This document shows, piece after piece, positions 25,642-32,144 of a DNA stretch of 32,144 nucleotides; position 1 is the first letter of the stretch, and each line of letters begins with the position of its first letter. The notes below the pieces were generated by a model. The model saw only the letters and a program-made list of their open reading frames with translations, ran no database searches and had not been told where the DNA came from. Source of the DNA: a virus (taxonomy: Duplodnaviria; Caudoviricetes); the IMG/VR virus record IMGVR_UViG_3300032218_001090, positions 1 through 32,144 of that record. One strand, given 5' to 3'. Both the position numbers and the translations under genes were made by a program.

Positions 25642-25669
25642 ATCAATCCCCCGATTGTGTTGTGATAGT

Positions 25670-25713
25670 GCTGACGCACCCTCCCTGACCTAAGCCAAGG
25701 AAGATGCGTCAGC
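25670..25713 (-). terminator. Long hairpin after the capsid gene
   Basis: GCTGACGCA/TGCGTCAGC stem, extended by G-U pairs only on the minus strand. Confidence 0.6.
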
Positions 25714-25723
25714 GTCAATCTAA

Positions 25724-26434
25724 TTAGTAGCCTGAAGGAGCTACTGTGCCAGTTCCTGAAATTGTAGAAACTGCCTTGTTGAAACGGTGTGCAAGTGCTG
25801 CGTATCCATAAACCTGGAAACGAACTGTGAGGTTCGCTGAAAGGACATCAGGAAGAACGCGTGTCTTAACACCTGACTCGAAGAGGTAAGAATCTGAAAA
25901 CTTACCGACGAGAACTGGTGTCTGATTTGTTGCAGCGCCGTATGTCTTTGGCATTGTTGCATCGATGAATACAGGAACGCCTTGGATTGTGCCAACAAGA
26001 CCTGCTGGTGCTCCTGGATTTGTGACTGTACCTGCTGCGTTGAATGCCTGTGATGCGCCTGTGACTGGTACAACGAGTGGACGAGTTGATCCGTCAACCT
26101 GTGATGCGAACCAGTACCAAAGTGATGGGTGCATGACAATTGCTTCTGCTGCCTTGTAGCGGTTTGTTGTCACCTTTGAAATCGCCTTAGCGATTGAGAT
26201 GAGACCGTTTGCTGCTGAAGGTGTTGTTTCTGTCCATGTTGTTGGGATGCCGTTTGTTGTATCAGCACCAAGAGTGATGAGACCCTTGAGTGTTCCTGAT
26301 GTTCCGTCACCTGTTCCAACAACTGCTGTGTTGAGCTGTAATGCGTAGTCAGCCATGAGGTCGCCGAATACTAGGCGGTCAAGACCGCCAGCAAGAGGTG
26401 ACTGCTCAACAAGCTGAATTGAGACATTCTCATA
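25724..26434 (-). CDS. Major capsid protein, exon 2
   Basis: YENVSIQLVEQS...GTGDG...VMHP...GTIQGVPV (HK97 fold); in frame with exon 1. Confidence 0.9.
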   Translation of the reverse strand, partial: YENVSIQLVEQSPLAGGLDRLVFGDLMADYALQLNTAVVGTGDGTSGTLKGLITLGADTTNGIPTTWTETTPSAANGLISIAKAISKVTTNRYKAAEAIVMHPSLWYWFASQVDGSTRPLVVPVTGASQAFNAAGTVTNPGAPAGLVGTIQGVPVFIDATMPKTYGAATNQTPVLVGKFSDSYLFESGVKTRVLPDVLSANLTVRFQVYGYAALAHRFNKAVSTISGTGTVAPSGY

Positions 26435-26680
26435 CATTGTTGTTACTACCCTTGCGGGCGAGCCAATTCATTTCTGATGGCTTCTCATACTTTGTCATTG
26501 ATATGAGATCAGACTATAACTTCATCCTTATTTCTAAGGAGCTTCGCGTTTAGTCGTTACGGACTCTCTGTTTGCACAGGTTGCCTCGGTATTGTCCTAT
26601 TGTATTTCTTGAAGGAGTTTCACCGATACAGCGAAGTTTTCTATTGCTACTTACGCAGCAATCGGGCAGTGAGAAAGTTT
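26435..26680 (-). mobile_element. Group I self-splicing intron, 246 nt, no ORF
   Basis: Exon ends in U and intron ends in G; P1 UCGGGU/GCCCGA; P3 CUUCGC/GCGAAG; P4 UCGGU/ACCGA; P7 GACUA/UAGUC; P10 UUCUCA/UGAGAA. Confidence 0.93.
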
Positions 26681-27319
26681 ACCCGAGATTGTACGAACTG
26701 GTGCAGTCACAGTTGATGAGACCATGTCGCGAGTTGTTGTCGCTGCATTGTCTGCTGACTGGAATGCTGAAAGTGTACCTGTTGTGATTTGTGGAATGTT
26801 GATGCTGTCTGTTCCTGCTGGCAGCGCCATATTTGTCACAAGATCAGCGGTCACTCTTGCAGCTCTTGCGAACTCTGCATATTCGTTGATGAGGTAGATT
26901 GGAGGAACAAAATCTCCACCAGCACCATCTGTGCGTGAAATGTCGCGTGATTCAACAGCAACTTCTTGCTGGTGACGATGTAGGCGCTCCCATGACTTTG
27001 CGTCATTGCGAAGTGTTCCTGCAATCATGTCGCGAACGAATGAATTTTCGCCGTTCTTCTCGTATGTGTGTGCTTCGCGTGTTACTACAGCTCCACCGAA
27101 AGTTTTCACTCCGGCTTCCTTGCGTGATTCTGCGATTGCTGATGTACGAGCTTCGAGCTTTTCTGCTGTTGCAATGCGCTCATCGAGTGCTGCAACTTCT
27201 TCCTGCTTTGCTGAAACTGCGTCTAATGCTTCTGCTGTTACATCGTCAGCGACAAGAATTGCCTCTGCTTCTGTTGCTACTGCATCACGCTGTTCCTTGA
27301 GTTTTGAAACTAGAGACAT
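26681..27319 (-). CDS. Major capsid protein, exon 1 (spliced product 449 aa)
   Basis: N-terminal coiled-coil delta domain; GAGGDFVPP; ends VRTISG. Confidence 0.9.
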
Positions 27320-27386
27320 GATGTCCCTTTCTCTTGGATTGGATGAATGAATCCGTCGGGGCAGTAGCGCCGAGGGAAGGCGTTTG

Positions 27387-28679
27387 CTATTTACGCAAAC
27401 GAAGTTGATTGAATTTCAGTTGAAGTTGACGCTTGCGAAGTGCAAGGTCTTCTTCTCCAGCTTTGCGCATTCCCACTGAAGTTGAGGAATACGCTGGCAT
27501 TGTGACGACGCTGATTTCATAGAGGTCAAGGTCTGTAAGTGTGCGAAGTCCACCCTCACGAGTATCTCCACCATCTGCGACTGTAAATGCGAATGACATC
27601 TTGTCCACATCGCCACGAGTCAGAGCCGATGCCAACTCTTGAGCGCGAGGATTAGCGGGATCGAGTGTTGCCTCCATGCGCAATCCGACTTTGTCTTCAG
27701 CCAAAACAAGTGTTCCTGACTTTGTCGCTGCTAATGGCAAGGATTCAAAGTCATGATTGACTAGCAAAAACATTGGGTTATCCGATGCCAAGGTGCGAGT
27801 GAACGCTCCTGGTGCGATTACTTCACGAAAGTTGAGGCCGTCTGCTTCTTGATTGAAGGTTGCTGCGTATCCACCAATCTTGAGCGAGCCATCTTCTGTA
27901 GCAACTGAACGAATATCAGCAACCATTGTGATGCGCTCTGCTGTCTGCATTGCGGTTTTGCGAGCTTCTACAACAGGATCAAGTTCTTTCTCACGCAATG
28001 GTGGCATTCCCTGGTCTGCAAGCATTCCATCAACTTGGTCAACAGGCTCTGCTGGCTCTGTCTCAGTCATTTCATCGTCAGGGTCAACTCCACCGAGAGC
28101 TTCAATGACTTCACTCAAAGCAGCGTCTGCTGCACAGATGAGGTAATAAGCCTGTGAAACGATTGGATCGATGTTGTTCGCGAGCAAGTTTTGAGCTGCA
28201 TCCATCGCAGCATCTGCTGCCATGACTGAATGAAGAACCTCCTCAGTTCCCATCGGCTCTTCTTGCATAGGATTTTCTGTCATCAAATCTGAATTGGTTG
28301 GATCAACCATGAGTGCACCCTCCTCGGATGTCATTTGTTGCAAAGCTCGAACATTGTTATCAATTTGATTTTTAATCTTGGTTGACCATGAGAATCCAGC
28401 GTCCCCGCCCCATGCATCCCATGAAACTCTCCCTGGTGATGGATAGCCGTCTTCACCTGAATTGAAGCCAACCGCTTTTTTGTCCACTTCATGACGAGCA
28501 AAGAATGAATACATTCGCATGACAATTTCTTGAGACATTGAACGACCTGCTGCAATGTCAGAAGCGCGCTTGCGTCCGACATCGGTGAATCCTTGACCTG
28601 CTTGCCCATCTTTAATCCACGCAAGGGCGCGAGTTGCAGCTTCTTGCATTCCTTTGGTTGGACGATATGTCTCAGCCAT
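27387..28679 (-). CDS. HK97-type prohead protease with long N-terminal extension
   Basis: GYAATFN, FREVIAPGAF, VNHD, MSFAF, LYEISVVTMPAY. Confidence 0.9.
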   Translation of the reverse strand: MAETYRPTKGMQEAATRALAWIKDGQAGQGFTDVGRKRASDIAAGRSMSQEIVMRMYSFFARHEVDKKAVGFNSGEDGYPSPGRVSWDAWGGDAGFSWSTKIKNQIDNNVRALQQMTSEEGALMVDPTNSDLMTENPMQEEPMGTEEVLHSVMAADAAMDAAQNLLANNIDPIVSQAYYLICAADAALSEVIEALGGVDPDDEMTETEPAEPVDQVDGMLADQGMPPLREKELDPVVEARKTAMQTAERITMVADIRSVATEDGSLKIGGYAATFNQEADGLNFREVIAPGAFTRTLASDNPMFLLVNHDFESLPLAATKSGTLVLAEDKVGLRMEATLDPANPRAQELASALTRGDVDKMSFAFTVADGGDTREGGLRTLTDLDLYEISVVTMPAYSSTSVGMRKAGEEDLALRKRQLQLKFNQLRLRK

Positions 28680-29899
28680 TACTCAAGGACTCCCATCACA
28701 GGTGCGGATGCGTCAGCATCAGTACCAAGTGCAGGAGTGTCACCACCGGCAGTGATGCTGCCCATGAGTGATTGATGGAATACATCGCCACCAGCGAAAG
28801 GCTCAAGACCTTCAATTTGGCGAACTTCATTTGGAGTACGAGCACCCATTTGCACATTGATCATGTTCACGCGTGAGCGAGTGAGTGCATCTGTGCGCAA
28901 GATTGATGAAGTATCAAATGCCACATCTGTTCCTGGCACAAGAATCTTTGACATTCCGATTTCAATCCGACGAATCCAAGGAGCAATCGTATGGGTCAAG
29001 TAATTGATTGATGCTTGCTCGACATTCTGATATGTCTGACTTCCACCCATCGCACCAATGAGGTGATCAGGGATACGGAATATGCGAGCAATGTCGCGAA
29101 TCAATTGTTCGCGAGTTGCAATCATGTCATTGTCGGCTGCTGAGGTAGTGATAGGACGCCACTTGAGGCCGTCTGAGAGCACAGCAGGGCGACGGTGACG
29201 ACGATGTGTCGCCTCCCATGTTCCTTGAATGATGCGAGCCTGATCAAGAGTGAGCTTTTGGTCTGTCTCAAGAACTGAAGATGGAGTGCCACCCTCACCA
29301 TAAAATTGCGCAAGGTGTCGATCCATAGCAATGGAAAGTCCAACAAGGTTACGCGCTTGGTTAAGTGGGGAAATCCCAACCAAAGATTGTGGTGGTGTGA
29401 ACCAACGAAGGTGAATTATGTCTTCGCGTGAAATCTCATTACCGAGGTGAAGGTAAAGGCGACCTGTTTGGTCTCCGCTTGGCATGACCTGCATCTGATA
29501 GGGATGCAAAGGAACAAGACCAATCATTTCGCCGCGACGGTCTCGGTCAATCTTCACATACGCATTTCCATGCAATGCCATTGACGCAACAATTTGATGG
29601 AGCAATTCATAAGTGTTGGATTCAGGATCAGGGTCGGCAAGAACTGTTGGCAAAGGCTTCATTGTGCGCTTGCCAGCCTTGTCAATCACAAAACAACGAA
29701 GTGACATCGATGCAACAGAGTCTGCCAGCAATGAAACTGCGCCTAATACTGAGGAAACGCCAAGCGCCGTCCATTCATCAATGCGCTCTCCGGCTGCGGA
29801 GGTCATTGATGTCTGTCCGTAGAGTTGGCTTAAAGGTGAAACATAGTTATTGAATTGCGGGTATCGCCCACTTGAGGCGGCTCTGCGCAGGAGACTCAT
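28679..29899 (-). CDS. Portal protein (HK97 family)
   Basis: LHGNAY, IIHLR, GISPL, IARIFRIP, TPNEVR. Confidence 0.92.
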   Translation of the reverse strand: MSLLRRAASSGRYPQFNNYVSPLSQLYGQTSMTSAAGERIDEWTALGVSSVLGAVSLLADSVASMSLRCFVIDKAGKRTMKPLPTVLADPDPESNTYELLHQIVASMALHGNAYVKIDRDRRGEMIGLVPLHPYQMQVMPSGDQTGRLYLHLGNEISREDIIHLRWFTPPQSLVGISPLNQARNLVGLSIAMDRHLAQFYGEGGTPSSVLETDQKLTLDQARIIQGTWEATHRRHRRPAVLSDGLKWRPITTSAADNDMIATREQLIRDIARIFRIPDHLIGAMGGSQTYQNVEQASINYLTHTIAPWIRRIEIGMSKILVPGTDVAFDTSSILRTDALTRSRVNMINVQMGARTPNEVRQIEGLEPFAGGDVFHQSLMGSITAGGDTPALGTDADASAPVMGVLE

Positions 29900-30054
29900 T
29901 CAATTGCTCCTTCTGATGAAACTAAATAACTTCCAGCCAAGAGCAAAACTCCTGCTGCGATGCAAGCTGCACCGATTCCGAGAATGATGCCGACGCCGAC
30001 TGCGATGAGGATTGCGCCAAGAATTTCAGCTATTGTCGTGATTAGACCAAACAC
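29896..30054 (-). CDS. Small membrane protein between terL and portal
   Basis: GTG 30054 after GAGGAG; two hydrophobic helices; ATGA overlap with the portal. Confidence 0.7.
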   Translation of the reverse strand: MFGLITTIAEILGAILIAVGVGIILGIGAACIAAGVLLLAGSYLVSSEGAIE

Positions 30055-31618
30055 TTGGAATCTCCTCTTCTTGAAGTGACCAGGGATCAAAGACTTGCGG
30101 CAGGTTGCCGCTTTGGGTTTGCCACCAGGCAGCTCTTTCAAGCGCCATGACACTGGCTACTGCTAAGTCGATGCGTCGGGCAGAGCCAGGCTTTTCTTTT
30201 GCAAGGCGAGTGCCACGCGCATCGACCTTCAAACTTGCGTTGGCGAAGTGACGAGCAAGTTGCTGGTCTCCGCATTGGGTGATGCTCTTGTTGACGATTG
30301 CTTCAAACATTCGTGTTGTGGCAGGAGTCATGCGACTTGCTGTCTGTGGAAATGTCACGATTGGCAGATTCTCATCTTCTAAGACTTGAAAAGTTCTTGC
30401 CCATCGATATGGGTCACAGGAAATCTCTAAGACTTGCCAACGCTTTGAGGCGTCGCGGATTGCATCTTCGACTTCTAGCACCGGCACTTGCCAGTTGGCG
30501 TCGGCCTCGTCGGGCTTCTCCCACACCTTGATTGGGAAGATGTGATGTTTCTCTTCGACTGAGACAGCGACGATGGCTGTGCAGTCTCCGTTGAACGAAC
30601 CATCGAAGCCAAGCACGATGTCTGAGCCGTCAGGAATATCGCGAGAATCACTGATGGCATCCCATGCACCATGCGGAAGCCATGTCTCTGAAGCTGCAAC
30701 CCATTGATTGCATCTCTTTGTTCGAAACTCGGCTTCGGGTGTTAGCTTCAAAGACGATGTGAACGAACTCTTCGAGACGATGTCGTTGTAGCCTGGATTC
30801 GATTCCATCCAGGTGGATTCGTCCAAGTGAGAGGCAAGAGGATTCGATGGCTCGTACCATGCGAAGAAGAAAGATGGGTCAACCACTTCCCCACTTGCGA
30901 CCTTTCGGCCGTACTCATAGAGCTGATGAGCGATTGTCGGCTTGCCATCACTGCCAGTCATTACTCCGGCAGTTGTGATGGCGACGAGCATTCCTTCTTT
31001 GCGAGCACCCATTGAAAGTGAGAGCACATCGAAGAGTTCTCGATCTTGTTGGGAATGTAATTCATCGAATGCCACAAAGGTTGCTGACAATCCTTCTTTG
31101 GTGAAAGCCTCAGAAGATAGGGCGCGATAAACGCTGCCATTCCTCGGATTGTAAATTGAATCTCGATAGACAGTCAGGAACTCTGAGAGAAGCGGTTGAT
31201 TCTTGACCATGTCACGAACTGTGTTGAAGATAATCTTCGACTGGTCTTTGTCGGCTGCTGCTGAGTAAGCCTCGCCACCTGAGACACCGAAGACAAGATG
31301 TTCAAGAACTAGGGATGCCAACCATGCCGACTTTCCATTCTTGCGAGCCTGTCCAATCAATGCGCGAGAGTGAGACAGAGTCCCATCTGATTTCTCAGCA
31401 TAGAGATGACGAGTCAGCTCTTTCTGCCAGTCGCGGAAGATGAGTGGTGAGCCAGCCTTGCCAGCGATTGAATCTTTTGTGATGGTACACATCGCCTGAG
31501 CGAACTCGATGACATCATCGCCACGACTTCTCTTCAAGTCTGCCTTCGCTACTGGTGAGAGATAGCGCGGAGGCCATGCTTTATGTGCTGTCATGTTGCC
31601 ACCCCTGGCTTGATTCAC
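30026..31618 (-). CDS. terL: Terminase large subunit
   Basis: ARKNGKS, FDELH, ITTAG, GFDGS, RIDLAVA; true start may be ATG 31594. Confidence 0.95.
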   Translation of the reverse strand: MNQARGGNMTAHKAWPPRYLSPVAKADLKRSRGDDVIEFAQAMCTITKDSIAGKAGSPLIFRDWQKELTRHLYAEKSDGTLSHSRALIGQARKNGKSAWLASLVLEHLVFGVSGGEAYSAAADKDQSKIIFNTVRDMVKNQPLLSEFLTVYRDSIYNPRNGSVYRALSSEAFTKEGLSATFVAFDELHSQQDRELFDVLSLSMGARKEGMLVAITTAGVMTGSDGKPTIAHQLYEYGRKVASGEVVDPSFFFAWYEPSNPLASHLDESTWMESNPGYNDIVSKSSFTSSLKLTPEAEFRTKRCNQWVAASETWLPHGAWDAISDSRDIPDGSDIVLGFDGSFNGDCTAIVAVSVEEKHHIFPIKVWEKPDEADANWQVPVLEVEDAIRDASKRWQVLEISCDPYRWARTFQVLEDENLPIVTFPQTASRMTPATTRMFEAIVNKSITQCGDQQLARHFANASLKVDARGTRLAKEKPGSARRIDLAVASVMALERAAWWQTQSGNLPQVFDPWSLQEEEIPSVWSNHDNS

Positions 31619-32082
31619 TTGGCGCTGCGCTTGGCCATCAATTCGTCAAGAGCAGATTGAGCCTTGACTTCGGCAACTCCAAGGCGTGTTCGATCTGTTG
31701 GAGTAAGTCCGAGCAAGGAAAAGAGTTTGGTGATTTCTGTTTCAACATTTGACAGCATCGCGACAAGCGGGTTCGCATAGGCGTATCCCTTATCAGTAAG
31801 CAAAACGAAGTCGCTGTTTTGCAACTTGGCAATCAATTCATTGCGACGGTCTAGCTTTTCACAGACCAATTGCAAAGCAGATTGATCTGTGTTGGAAATC
31901 CAAAATGCAGTGTCACGAAGACGCTTCCAAAGTTCCTGGCTTGCGGGAGTTAAGTGCTCAGGCGCTTTCGCAGACGCTTGTGGAATTACAGTCACAGACG
32001 CAAGAGATTGCAGAGGACGCTTGCCAGGATTTCCTTGCACTCTTTTGAGCTCATTTGGCTTTCTCGGGCGTCCGGCTGGCAT
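31615..32082 (-). CDS. terS: Terminase small subunit (P27 family)
   Basis: GRPRKP..K...GNPGKR, NPLV, LGLTPTDR. Confidence 0.9.
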   Translation of the reverse strand: MPAGRPRKPNELKRVQGNPGKRPLQSLASVTVIPQASAKAPEHLTPASQELWKRLRDTAFWISNTDQSALQLVCEKLDRRNELIAKLQNSDFVLLTDKGYAYANPLVAMLSNVETEITKLFSLLGLTPTDRTRLGVAEVKAQSALDELMAKRSAK

Positions 32083-32144
32083 TTTTCCTCGTAAATCTCT
32101 CGGAGACCCTAGGGGGTCAAAAATGGCGTAAATGTTCGCCGACA

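Noticed and set aside
25724-27319. Capsid as two separate genes or a pseudogene
   Set aside because: The gap folds as a complete group I intron and its removal restores frame and motif continuity.
30026-31618. Intron or intein in the terminase
   Set aside because: ORF is continuous, of ordinary length, with normal motif spacing.

Overview
Nearly a whole temperate-looking siphovirus genome, almost all on the minus strand. A WhiB regulator and the gene families point to an actinobacterial host. Reading right to left: terS, terL, portal, prohead protease, HK97-type major capsid protein, a glycosyltransferase, neck genes, two paralogous tail-tube genes, a frameshifted tail chaperone, tape measure, minor tail genes, a Pro-rich secreted protein, holin and CHAP endolysin, endonuclease VII, and a GT2 plus epimerase pair. 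A lone plus-strand tyrosine integrase follows, then an early/replication arm: resolvase, WhiB, transglycosylase, Cas4-like nuclease, three DNA methyltransferase loci, SSB-like protein and primase-helicase with an iteron-like origin candidate. The main hidden features are: (1) a 246-nt ORF-less group I intron (26435-26680) that splits the capsid gene, with P1-P10 pairings readable by eye; (2) a C5-methyltransferase encoded across two reading frames, with a nested beta-like ORF, a G7 tract and repeated TRD-like modules; (3) a ~60-nt minimal tRNA-like element. All calls come from motif reading and recall; no searches were run.
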